DNA of 56,048 nt from Oscillospiraceae bacterium (GTDB taxonomy: Bacteria > Bacillota > Clostridia > Oscillospirales > JAGBHD01), in the NCBI GenBank assembly GCA_045592865.1, contig JAZNVP010000015.1, positions 1-56,048 on the forward strand. The letters are read 5' to 3'. The notes below the pieces were generated by a model. That model saw only the letters and a list, made by a program, of their open reading frames with translations. It ran no database searches and was not told the DNA's origin. Shown here piece by piece: positions 8,266 to 16,909 of the stretch (within the stretch, counting starts at the first letter, position 1; the number at the start of each line of letters is the position of its first letter). Both the position numbers and the translations under genes were made by a program.

Positions 8266-9088
8266 TATTAAAACCGCAGCATTTGTTAAAGGCTTTTGCA
8301 AAATGGCTAACGACGGTTGGCTCCTCGGTTTTCACGAGAGAAACGGCGGAAACCTTTCATACAGAATTAAGGACGACGAAATAAAATCGGTTTGGGCCGG
8401 TCTCGATTTCTCGGGCGAATGGAAGCCCATCGGCGCCGACGTTCCAACCCTTAAAAATGAGTTTTTCCTCGTAACAGGAAGCGGAAAGTATTTCCAGAAC
8501 GTTTTAGACGACCCCGAGAACAACATCGCAATCGTTGAGGTTGACGATAGCGGCAAGAACTACCGCATATGTTGGGGACTTAAAAGCGGCGGCAGACCCA
8601 CAAGTGAACTTCCGAGCCACCTTATGAACCACGCCGTTAAAAAGGAACTGACAGGCGGCAAACACCGCGTTATCTACCACGCTCACCCCGTTAATATAAT
8701 CGCACTCACCTTTATTCTCCCTCTTGAAGACAAGGTGTTCACAAGAGAGATATGGGAAATGATGACCGAGTGCCCCGTTATATTCCCCGACGGTATGGGA
8801 GTTATTCCCTGGATGGTTCCCGGTGGAATGGACATTGCTATTGAAACAAGCAACCTTATGAAGAAATACGACGTTGCCGTCTGGGCTCACCACGGAATGT
8901 TCTGTTCGGGCGAGGACTTTGATTCCACCTTCGGACTTATGCACACCGTTGAGAAAGCGGCAGATATTCTTATCAAGGTGCTGTCAGTTACCCCTAATAA
9001 ACTCCAGACCATCACTCCCCAAAATTTCAGAGATTTAGCAAAAGCGTTTGGCTTTACAGTCTCCGAAGAATTCCTTTACGATAAATAA
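8258..9088 (+). CDS. rhaD: Rhamnulose-1-phosphate aldolase (class II aldolase)
   Basis: Aligns with E. coli RhaD from residue 1 (NIxxxxFVxGxxKxxxDxWLxGxxERNGGNLSxR). The GTG start overlaps the rhaA stop by 8 nt. Confidence 0.9.
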   Translation: MNNIKTAAFVKGFCKMANDGWLLGFHERNGGNLSYRIKDDEIKSVWAGLDFSGEWKPIGADVPTLKNEFFLVTGSGKYFQNVLDDPENNIAIVEVDDSGKNYRICWGLKSGGRPTSELPSHLMNHAVKKELTGGKHRVIYHAHPVNIIALTFILPLEDKVFTREIWEMMTECPVIFPDGMGVIPWMVPGGMDIAIETSNLMKKYDVAVWAHHGMFCSGEDFDSTFGLMHTVEKAADILIKVLSVTPNKLQTITPQNFRDLAKAFGFTVSEEFLYDK

Positions 9089-9095
9089 AAAATTA

Positions 9096-9131
9096 AGGCA
9101 GAACAGTTCAAACTGTTCTGCCTGTTTTTTT
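9096..9131. terminator. Bidirectional rho-independent terminator (rhaD on plus, lipoprotein operon on minus)
   Basis: 13-bp stem AGGCAGAACAGTT / AACTGTTCTGCCT followed by GTTTTTTT, with an A-run upstream. Confidence 0.85.
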
Positions 9132-9134
9132 ATA

Positions 9135-10961
9135 TCAGTTTGCCTTAAACTCTCCCGAAACCGAGCCGACCGTTATAGTGTAGCTATCCCCCGACTTAAT
9201 ATCGGGGCTACTCAGAATAACCACCTGGAACGAAAGCTCAGGCGCATAAGAAATGATCTCTTTACCCTTACTGTCGGTGAGAGTAATAGTCGTTTTTGCG
9301 GTTTGACTTCCAACGCTTACCGCAATAACACCCTGCTCTGAGCCACTAAAGGACTGCGCCATACCCGAAGCCCCCGTTCCGATAAAGGTTCCGCCCGTAA
9401 TAATTCCGCTCTTATCGTAATCGAGGGTTGCGGTGTCGCCCTGTGTAGGACCGACAACAGTGGTGTGTCCACCCGATATCTCGAGCGTTCCGTTGGCGTC
9501 GAGTCCGTCTCCCGAAGAATTTATATATAGCGTTCCGCCCGAAATCACGATGCTTCCGTTCGAGGATAAAGACATTCCTCCCATTCCGCCCATTCCACCG
9601 GGGCCTTTTCCCATCCCATCAAACATACCATCTCTTCCACCCGTAGTTCCGCTTGAATCGGTTCCACCTGCGGCATTGAGTCCGTCGTCACTTGCAACTA
9701 GTTTTATGTCTCCGCCCGACACATTAATATGAAGCGCCTCAAGCCCTTCATAACTCTCGGTTATATCAATATCTCCGTCGGTTACCGTGAGGGTGTCTTC
9801 CGCGTGACAGGCATCGTCTCCCGAAGATATATTAAAACTTCCACCGCTTATTTTAAGGGAACTGTCCGAGTGAACACTGTCATCTGCAGAATCTATCGTT
9901 ATTTTCCCACCCGATATAGAGATATCGCTCACAGCCTTTAAACCTTTCATGCTCGTGCTCGAGTCATCAGTATCAGTAGTTTCTGCAGTAAGCGCGGTTC
10001 TTCCGGGTCTCATTCCCATTCCGCCTGGGCCGCCGCCCATTCCGCCGAAATCTCCCCAATTATCAGAAGACGCCTTACTGCCGTTCTCACTTCCGCCACC
10101 CGCAGTTACGTTTACTGTCCCGTCAAGAATTTGCATATATGAACCTGCTGAAACACCGTCTCCCTCGGCTTCAATATTAATTTCTCCACCCGAAAAATAA
10201 ATAAATCCGAGAGCCGCTTCATCGGTGTTTTCTGCGTGAATACCGTCTTTTCCCGCTTCAATTTTTATTTTAGTTTCCCCCGTAACGCGAACACTGTCGT
10301 TAACGTCTAACCCGTGAGACGCCGAGGTCACGGTTAAATCTCCACCCGTGAAAACAAGGTCGTCTTTCGCAACAATTCCGTGACCCGCGGGAGAAGAAAC
10401 TGAAAGACTTCCCTTTCCGTTAATTGTTATATCCTGCTTCGAATAGAGCGCTCCGTCGATATTATTTTCGTCGATAGCACTAAAGACACCGCCGTTTGAA
10501 AGATGGTTTTCGCTGCCCTCCGGTAAGGTTATAAACACCTTATCTGCCGAAAGAATATATAAAGGCGCAGAACTCTCACTGTTTATATTAACTCCATCGA
10601 GCACAAGCTGAAGCTTTGCCGTATCCTCAGCATTAACAATTATCATTCCGTCGTTAAGCGAACCCGAAATAATATGCATTTTGTTTTCGGTTATGGTGAT
10701 CCTGCTTCCTTCGATTTTGACGCTGTCCGAACTCGCCGACGCAGAGTTTCCCGTAAGTTTTATGGTTATTGCATCATTTTCGCTGTATTCAGTCCTCTGA
10801 TCGCGTTCGGTAAACATATCCTCGTCTGTTGCCGAGAGCTCTACCGAACCGGAGGAAACAGAACCTTCCGAACTGACGTTTTCCTCTTCTTTAGATTTGC
10901 AACCCGAAAGAACCCCGCAGAGCAAAACTAAAACAAGAATAAAAGGCATTGCCCTTTTCAA
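9135..10961 (-). CDS. Surface lipoprotein with parallel beta-helix repeats (Cthe_2159-like carbohydrate-binding family) and two Gly/Met-rich inserts
   Basis: Lipobox VLSGC follows a K/R-rich hydrophobic signal. Repeated ...I.I.GG.L.V.S..DGI/DGL... turns are present. The likely start is the TTG at 10961, 9 nt after AAGGAGG. The ORF-track GTG at 10970 abuts the SD. Confidence 0.7.
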   Translation of the reverse strand: MKRAMPFILVLVLLCGVLSGCKSKEEENVSSEGSVSSGSVELSATDEDMFTERDQRTEYSENDAITIKLTGNSASASSDSVKIEGSRITITENKMHIISGSLNDGMIIVNAEDTAKLQLVLDGVNINSESSAPLYILSADKVFITLPEGSENHLSNGGVFSAIDENNIDGALYSKQDITINGKGSLSVSSPAGHGIVAKDDLVFTGGDLTVTSASHGLDVNDSVRVTGETKIKIEAGKDGIHAENTDEAALGFIYFSGGEINIEAEGDGVSAGSYMQILDGTVNVTAGGGSENGSKASSDNWGDFGGMGGGPGGMGMRPGRTALTAETTDTDDSSTSMKGLKAVSDISISGGKITIDSADDSVHSDSSLKISGGSFNISSGDDACHAEDTLTVTDGDIDITESYEGLEALHINVSGGDIKLVASDDGLNAAGGTDSSGTTGGRDGMFDGMGKGPGGMGGMGGMSLSSNGSIVISGGTLYINSSGDGLDANGTLEISGGHTTVVGPTQGDTATLDYDKSGIITGGTFIGTGASGMAQSFSGSEQGVIAVSVGSQTAKTTITLTDSKGKEIISYAPELSFQVVILSSPDIKSGDSYTITVGSVSGEFKAN

Positions 10962-10976
10962 AAAAAGCACCTCCTT

Positions 10977-11672
10977 TTAAAGCTCCGACACGGCAGTATC
11001 CTGTCTTGAAACGGTTATTTCAAGATTTCCGTTTCGGCATCTGAATTTGTCTATCATTTCCTTTTCCTTCGATGCGTCTTTCAACGTTACGTTGTAGGTT
11101 AATTTAAAAAGGCTTCCCATATTGGTATTCTTAACGCGCACAAGATCGTGGGAATGAGTGTATTCGTCGAAAATATCGTCAAAAATACCCGAATAATCAA
11201 GGTCCTCAGGAATAACAATAGTGAACACCTTATATACCGCGCCGTTCTTTTTTGCGCCGAAATCAAGTCGGTTATAAAGCATAAATATAAGACTCATAAC
11301 AGCCGTGAAGAGAAATGCAAATCCGAGATAACCCATACCCACAATAAGCCCTGCACCCATCGCTAAAAACAGAGTGCATATCTCTTTCGCGGTTCCGGGA
11401 ACCGAGCGAAAACGAACGAGGCTGAACGCTCCTGCAACCGCAACACCTGTTCCGACATTACCGTTAACGAGCATAATAACAACGCAAACCACCGCAGGTA
11501 AGAGTGCCAACGTTATAACGAAGCTTTTGGTATATCTTGTGCGATACATATATGCAAGCGCCATAACAATACCAAGCAGAAGTGAAAATCCAAGGCAAAG
11601 CAAAAAATCACCTGCGCTTATAACCGACGTTAGTTCCGAATCAAATAAACCTTTAAATAAATTACTGAGCAT
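10977..11672 (-). CDS. DUF4956-family polytopic membrane protein
   Basis: About four TM helices, the signature FSLVRFRSVPGTAKEI, and a soluble C-terminal domain. The ATG at 11672 follows GAGGAGGAAGAG and overlaps the VTC stop (ATGCTCAGTAA). Confidence 0.7.
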   Translation of the reverse strand: MLSNLFKGLFDSELTSVISAGDFLLCLGFSLLLGIVMALAYMYRTRYTKSFVITLALLPAVVCVVIMLVNGNVGTGVAVAGAFSLVRFRSVPGTAKEICTLFLAMGAGLIVGMGYLGFAFLFTAVMSLIFMLYNRLDFGAKKNGAVYKVFTIVIPEDLDYSGIFDDIFDEYTHSHDLVRVKNTNMGSLFKLTYNVTLKDASKEKEMIDKFRCRNGNLEITVSRQDTAVSEL

Positions 11673-12408
11673 AAATCTCTTCCTCCTCATAATCATTTGT
11701 ATCCACGCTTTGCAGCTGCGGAAAAATAAATTTTCTATACGCAGTTCCGTATTTAGAAAAGGACGTTTTATATATCCTTTCGGACGACAGTATCTCTGTC
11801 ATCCACAACGGAATACCTCCCGAGCATTTTATCTCCATCAAGACCTTTCCTTTGGGAAGAACCTCGGTTCCGTCCGCAGAAGAATTGAGCGTCAGATCCT
11901 CCTGTCTGCAAAGAATATTATCGTCAAAGGTAATGCGAAAGTCTGACCCGTCGGACGCGTAATACGCCTCTCTTTCATAGGAAAGAAACAACGTCGGGCG
12001 CAAACCCTTATAGTAATCAAGAAAATAATCTATCTCTTTGGATATCTGGCTTTGCTTCGGGCACTCGCGTTTTCCCGAAAGCCATTCTGCCGCTTCCTTT
12101 GCGGTAAGCGAAACACGCCGCTTGTAAACCACCTTTTTATATTTTTTCTTGAGTTCCACAAATACCGGACTGTTTTCATCCGCTCTTCCGTAACTTCTGA
12201 CACGAAGTTTTTCCTTGTAGATCGGCTTCTCGATAGAACGCCTTATCAAAATATAACTGTCGGTATCGTAATATATATTCCGAATGGTCGTTCTGCCGTA
12301 TTTATCGGGAATCATATATGGTGTGATAGCCGCAAGAATCTTTTGTTTTTGATCGGCATCAAGCATAAACTTCAGTTCATAACGCTTAAATACGGTCTGA
12401 AAAGCCAT
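11662..12408 (-). CDS. Bacterial VTC-domain protein (polyphosphate-polymerase-like triphosphate tunnel fold)
   Basis: FKRYELKFML N-terminus, IRNIYYDTD, KLRVRSY, VFVELKKK, RITFDDN, LMEIK, SFSKYG. This is the pattern of the VTC/CYTH-like family (Pfam VTC, PF09359, from memory). Confidence 0.75.
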   Translation of the reverse strand: MAFQTVFKRYELKFMLDADQKQKILAAITPYMIPDKYGRTTIRNIYYDTDSYILIRRSIEKPIYKEKLRVRSYGRADENSPVFVELKKKYKKVVYKRRVSLTAKEAAEWLSGKRECPKQSQISKEIDYFLDYYKGLRPTLFLSYEREAYYASDGSDFRITFDDNILCRQEDLTLNSSADGTEVLPKGKVLMEIKCSGGIPLWMTEILSSERIYKTSFSKYGTAYRKFIFPQLQSVDTNDYEEEEIYAQ

Positions 12409-12474
12409 AAAAAATCCTCCTGCAGTTTGATGTTATCATTCTACAGAAGGATTATTGAAATTTGATTGAATTTT

Positions 12475-13737
12475 TTAAACTTTAGGCAAGATAACTCTGA
12501 ATTCAACAAGCCCGTTATAGCACCTGACCTCGATCTTTCCCTTATGAGAAGTAACTATAGCCTTTGCTATCGCAAGACCGAGTCCATAACTGTTTCCATC
12601 GTCTTCCCTCGCCTCGTCAACGCGATAAAACCTCTCAAAAAGATGCGGTAGTTTTTCAGGCGGTATCGTCTCTCCCGAGTTAACAACCGATAAAACTGCG
12701 CTGACGCGGTTTTCGGACAAATTTACCGAAACCTCTCTTTTTTCATCGCAATGCCTTATCGCATTATCTATTAGAATAGAAACAAGCTGACCGAGTTTTG
12801 TTTTGTCACCCATAACCGAAATACCGCTTTGGACATCGGTTGAGAGAACTATTCCTTTTTCAAAAGCAACACTCTCAAACGGCAGAATATCTCCCGAAAC
12901 AATTCGGCTTAAATCTAACCTCTCGTTCTCTGTTTTAACGTTTTCGGTTCGCGCAAGTTCTAAAAGTTCTCTAACCAGGTTGCCCATTTTTTCATTTTCA
13001 TACTGAATGTTATCAAGCCACTTGTTATCGCCTATCTCACGCGCCAGAAGTTCCGCATTGGCACTGACAACAGAAACGGGGGTCTTGAGTTCGTGCCCCG
13101 CATCAGAAATAAACTGCTTTTGCTTTAAATAACTCTCTTCAAGGGGATCAACTATCCTTTTTGCCAGATATTTAGCAAGGAAAAACAGAGCTATAAGCAC
13201 GACGCTCCCGAACACCAAGGTGTAACGAAACAAGGTTGTCATACTCTCCTTCATAACGGTGTTGTCCATAAATGCAACGAGGGTGTAGCCCTTCTTCTTT
13301 GCAACCAAATAAAGAAGATTTCCCTTGGTTCCGCGAACGGTTCCCTTCCTTAGAATTTCGGTAGCATATCCTTCGAGAAGTTCTTCTTCAAAGCTTTCGC
13401 GGTCGCCTGAATCGGTTGCAACAACCTCTCCGTTATCCAGAACCGCAACCGAATAAAAGGTGGATAACTTAAAGGAAGGTGAGTTTTCGAAATGCTTCCC
13501 GCCTCGGTCGTTATTCGGAATCGGCTCCATCGCATCGGGCGATATTTCTTCCAAAGGCTCACCCGCAGGAAATTCAGAAAGCTTATGCATTTCTGCGTGT
13601 CTTTCAAGCATTTCAAAGTTTCGGTTAGAAACCTCATAATAACTCGAAGCATATATAACCGCAAGTGTTCCCATAAACAAAAGAACGAGTATCGACATGA
13701 TCGCATAAACGATCTTTCTTCTTGAGCTTTTAAACAT
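12475..13737 (-). CDS. Sensor histidine kinase (two TM helices, extracytoplasmic loop of about 135 aa)
   Basis: H-box SDAGHELKTP, N-box LIDNAIRH, G-boxes GLGLAIAK. The start overlaps the response-regulator stop by 8 nt. Confidence 0.9.
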   Translation of the reverse strand: MFKSSRRKIVYAIMSILVLLFMGTLAVIYASSYYEVSNRNFEMLERHAEMHKLSEFPAGEPLEEISPDAMEPIPNNDRGGKHFENSPSFKLSTFYSVAVLDNGEVVATDSGDRESFEEELLEGYATEILRKGTVRGTKGNLLYLVAKKKGYTLVAFMDNTVMKESMTTLFRYTLVFGSVVLIALFFLAKYLAKRIVDPLEESYLKQKQFISDAGHELKTPVSVVSANAELLAREIGDNKWLDNIQYENEKMGNLVRELLELARTENVKTENERLDLSRIVSGDILPFESVAFEKGIVLSTDVQSGISVMGDKTKLGQLVSILIDNAIRHCDEKREVSVNLSENRVSAVLSVVNSGETIPPEKLPHLFERFYRVDEAREDDGNSYGLGLAIAKAIVTSHKGKIEVRCYNGLVEFRVILPKV

Positions 13738-14413
13738 TTTCGCACCTCAGTTCATATCCAATTCCTCTGACCGCCTTTATCTCGGTCTTTGCGCCAACAA
13801 AACCGAGTTTCTTTCGAGTGAAAGACATATAAACCTCAACGTTATTATATTCGGCTTCATTATCATAGCCCCATATCTTCACCGCAAGTTGCTCACGGGT
13901 CAGTATCTGCCCGTTATTAGAAATGAGATATTCGAGAATTCTATATTCCTTTTCGCTCAGTCTGACACTCTGAGAATTATCCGTGCAGTAAAGGGTTAGC
14001 GTGTTACTGTCAACCGATATATCCCCATAGCAAAGCTTCCCTTGGGTAACACCGAGAGTTCTTCTCGAAAGCGCACGAATACGCGCAAGAAGTTCCTTTG
14101 TCATAAAAGGCTTGGTTAGATAATCGTCTGCCCCGCTATCAAGCCCCTCAACCTTATCGTCAAGTTCCGACTTTGCCGTCAGCATTAATATCGGGGTGCG
14201 AATACCGCTTATTCTTGCCTTTTTTGCAACCTCTAACCCATTCATTCCGGGAAGCATAACGTCGAGAATAGCAACATCATAGATCCCGCTTCTGATAGCA
14301 AACAGCCCGTCAACACCGTTGTCAAAATGATCGACCTCATATTTTTCAAGCCGCAGTATCTCGCAAAGAGCCTCTGCCATTCGCTTTTCATCCTCTATAA
14401 GCAAAAGCTTCAT
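13730..14413 (-). CDS. OmpR-family response regulator
   Basis: Receiver domain (MKLLLIEDE, ILDVMLPGMNG, LTAK) plus a winged-helix C-terminus (RGIGYEL). The ATG at 14413 lies 5 nt after GGAGGTG. The ORF-track start at 14476 is an extension. Confidence 0.9.
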   Translation of the reverse strand: MKLLLIEDEKRMAEALCEILRLEKYEVDHFDNGVDGLFAIRSGIYDVAILDVMLPGMNGLEVAKKARISGIRTPILMLTAKSELDDKVEGLDSGADDYLTKPFMTKELLARIRALSRRTLGVTQGKLCYGDISVDSNTLTLYCTDNSQSVRLSEKEYRILEYLISNNGQILTREQLAVKIWGYDNEAEYNNVEVYMSFTRKKLGFVGAKTEIKAVRGIGYELRCENV

Positions 14414-14436
14414 TACCGCACCTCCGTTCCGTTTTA

Positions 14437-14445
14437 AGTATACCA
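14437..14445 (-). promoter_or_regulatory. Extended -10 element (TGgTATACT) upstream of the two-component/VTC operon
   Basis: The minus strand reads TGGTATACT about 24 nt upstream of the response-regulator ATG. No good -35 is present. Confidence 0.35.
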
Positions 14446-14485
14446 TAAAATATTGAAAATTCATTGAACTTTTCAAGTAAAAAGC

Positions 14486-14513
14486 AAAACGCCCGAAATT
14501 TCGGGCGTTTTTT
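14486..14513. terminator. Bidirectional rho-independent terminator (perfect palindrome)
   Basis: AAAACGCCCGAAA|TTTCGGGCGTTTT, immediately after the stop of the BNR gene at 14516. Confidence 0.85.
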
Positions 14514-14515
14514 AA

Positions 14516-15604
14516 TTAAAGTTCCCAGATTGTATAAAGAAGTGAGGGTTTGCAGTCGTCCTCATATCTCTGGTAATAAACGGTTAAAATCTTTCCGTCG
14601 GGAAGCTCAACCGAACAGGGATATCCAAGATCAGGGTCGCCGGTTTCAGGGAATATAGATAACTGTTCCGACCAGGTCTCTCCGTTATCATAGCTAATAA
14701 CCGCTCTCTCTCCGAAAGGAACGAGTCTTCTGCCGTATGCACAGATTACTGCGCCCGAAGAGTGCTGCATTAAGTGCGGAGGCGCTCCGTCAACACCTAA
14801 AGGCTTCATTTCAGACCAGGTCTTTCCGCCGTCAGACGAGAATGTAATGAAAACGTCCTTATGGGTAGGCTTCGAAGAATAGTCTGAATATCTGATAGCA
14901 CCTAAAAGTCTGCCGTCCGAAAGTTCCATAACATAGGGTTCGCAGAAACATTTAGGATTATAACCCTCAGGGGTGCAGAGCTTAGTTAAATACTCCCAGG
15001 TGTATCCGCCGTCAGTGCTTCTCATTGCGAAGATCCGACCTTCCTCGGGAAGCTCGTCGATAAATTTAGTTCCGAGATAGATAAGTGTTCCGTCCTTGCA
15101 AACGTTAGGACCGTGAGGTGCCGTTATCGGAATTCTCTTAGGCTCGGTCCAGGTAACGCCATAGTCCTCAGAAATAATGTAGAAGGAGCCGCCCTTGCCC
15201 TCTTCCTCACTGAGATGAGTGTAGGTCGCGAGCATACCCATAGTGGGCATAAGCTCTCTGCGGTCGTTTCTACCCTTTATGTTATCATAAAGCCCGTGCA
15301 TATAGCTTTCTTTAGGATGACAGAACCATGTAACAAGCATTCTGCCGTTCCCCATATAAACGATACCTGCATCTCTGTCGTCAAGATATGTATCATTTAT
15401 AACGATCGGAGGGGTCCAGGTTTCTCCGTTATCGCGGCTGATATACATACAGGTCTTACCCCAAGGGCAGATGTGGTGCATTCTCATTCCTGAGTCAACC
15501 GCATATAAAACTCCGTTTTCGTCCTTACAAACGCTACCCCAGGCGTGATAGCGGAACAAGGTTCCGGTGTTTCTGTTAACTATTCCGTGCTTAACTATTT
15601 TCAT
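14516..15604 (-). CDS. BNR/Asp-box repeat beta-propeller protein, sialidase-like fold, no signal peptide (paralogue 1)
   Basis: Five SxDxGxTW boxes (SRDNGETW, SEDYGVTW, STDGGYTW, SSDGGKTW, SYDNGETW). The ATG at 15604 follows AGAAGGA. Confidence 0.75.
   Translation of the reverse strand: MKIVKHGIVNRNTGTLFRYHAWGSVCKDENGVLYAVDSGMRMHHICPWGKTCMYISRDNGETWTPPIVINDTYLDDRDAGIVYMGNGRMLVTWFCHPKESYMHGLYDNIKGRNDRRELMPTMGMLATYTHLSEEEGKGGSFYIISEDYGVTWTEPKRIPITAPHGPNVCKDGTLIYLGTKFIDELPEEGRIFAMRSTDGGYTWEYLTKLCTPEGYNPKCFCEPYVMELSDGRLLGAIRYSDYSSKPTHKDVFITFSSDGGKTWSEMKPLGVDGAPPHLMQHSSGAVICAYGRRLVPFGERAVISYDNGETWSEQLSIFPETGDPDLGYPCSVELPDGKILTVYYQRYEDDCKPSLLYTIWEL
14553..14639. repeat. 87-nt tract that is 86/87 identical to 15762-15848 (copy 1)
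   Basis: Direct comparison of the two 3' coding ends. The single mismatch is at 14588. Flanks on both sides diverge sharply. Confidence 0.9.
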
Positions 15605-15721
15605 GATTAATCCTTCTTTCAAAGCCTTAGGCTTTATTTTACGAAATTATACTATATTTATCCTGTCTTTTAAACTAACTGACAGGACACAAATCAGCAT
15701 ATACGTGTCCGTTTACAAAAT

Positions 15722-16816
15722 TTAGTCAAGGCTCCATATAGTATATAAAATCGAAGGCTTCCAGTCGTCCTCATATCTCTGGTAATAAACGGTTAAGATC
15801 TTTCCGTCGGGAAGCTCAACCGAACAGGGATATCCAAGATCAGGGTCGGAAGCATTATCAAAAATGCTTATTTCTTTATCCCAGGTCTCGCCGCCGTCAT
15901 AGCTTACTATCGCCCTCTCTCCGCACGGCTCCGACCTTTTTCCGAAGGAACAAACAAGCGCACCCGAGGAGTGAAGCATAAAGTGGGGCGGTGTTCCGTC
16001 CGCGCCCGAATAAACGGGATCCGACCAGGTCTTTCCGCCGTCATCCGAATAGGTAAAATAGAAGGAATACACCATCGGACGAACCGAATAGTTAGAAAAT
16101 CTGACCGCGCCGAACAGTCTTCCGCTTGGAAGCTCAATAACGTGAGGTTCGCAAAGTTGACGCGGTTCTACCCCATCAGGCGTCTTAACGCTTCCCGTGT
16201 AGTTCCAGGTGTAGCCACCGTCGGTGCTCTTATATGCGGCTATCTCAAACTGAGAAAGTTCATTACCCTCGGAGTGAAACTCTCTTCCGAGATAAAGAAG
16301 GCTTCCATCCTTAAGATAAGCAGGACCGTGGGGCGAGGTTACAGGAATTCTGACGGGTTCCGACCAGGTAACACCATAGTCATCACTCATCATAACGAAA
16401 GAGCCGCCCTTTCCCTCTTCTTCATTGAGATGAACGAAGGAAGAAACCATTCCCATTGTGGGCATGATCTCTCTGCGGTCGCAACGCCTTTTCATATCGT
16501 CAAAGTCATTATGTAAAGAAACCTTAGCAGGATCGGTAAACCAGGTAACAAGCATCTTGCCGTTTCCCATATAAACGATACCTGCATCACGGTCATCGAG
16601 AAAACTGTCGTGAATAACCATCGGAGGAGTCCAGGTCTCGCCGCCGTTATAACTCTTATACATGACGGTCTTTCCCCAAGGGCAAACGTGTTGCATTCTG
16701 AAGCCCGAGCAAACTGCATATAGAACGCCGTTTTCATCGATGCAAACGCTCGGCCAAGCCTGATAACAGAAAAGTTTGTTTTTCGCTCTGTTAACTATTC
16801 CGTGTTTGTGTATCAT
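15722..16816 (-). CDS. BNR/Asp-box repeat beta-propeller protein, sialidase-like fold, no signal peptide (paralogue 2)
   Basis: Collinear with paralogue 1 (SYNGGETW, SDDYGVTW, STDGGYTW, SDDGGKTW, SYDGGETW). The ATG at 16816 follows GGGAG. The ORF-track start at 16909 is an extension. Confidence 0.75.
   Translation of the reverse strand: MIHKHGIVNRAKNKLFCYQAWPSVCIDENGVLYAVCSGFRMQHVCPWGKTVMYKSYNGGETWTPPMVIHDSFLDDRDAGIVYMGNGKMLVTWFTDPAKVSLHNDFDDMKRRCDRREIMPTMGMVSSFVHLNEEEGKGGSFVMMSDDYGVTWSEPVRIPVTSPHGPAYLKDGSLLYLGREFHSEGNELSQFEIAAYKSTDGGYTWNYTGSVKTPDGVEPRQLCEPHVIELPSGRLFGAVRFSNYSVRPMVYSFYFTYSDDGGKTWSDPVYSGADGTPPHFMLHSSGALVCSFGKRSEPCGERAIVSYDGGETWDKEISIFDNASDPDLGYPCSVELPDGKILTVYYQRYEDDWKPSILYTIWSLD
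15762..15848. repeat. 87-nt tract that is 86/87 identical to 14553-14639 (copy 2)
   Basis: See copy 1. Confidence 0.9.
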
Positions 16817-16859
16817 AAAAAACACTCCCTTCAGAACTATTATAATATAATTTTTATTA

Positions 16860-16904
16860 GAATAAAAGGGACGGAATATGCCACTTTTTTTGGTTTTCCG
16901 TCCC
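16860..16904 (-). terminator. Hairpin terminator candidate after the AraC gene
   Basis: On the minus strand, GGGACGGAA, a 19-nt loop, TTCCGTCCC, then TTTTATTCT. Confidence 0.5.
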
Positions 16905-16909
16905 ACCAT

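Noticed and set aside
9433-10200. Plus-strand ORFs with Pro-rich, collagen-like or PPIPP repeats (9433-9732 and 9949-10200).
   Set aside because: They are the antisense reading of the Gly/Met-rich coding segments of the minus-strand lipoprotein gene. They have no RBS and lie entirely within a well-supported CDS.
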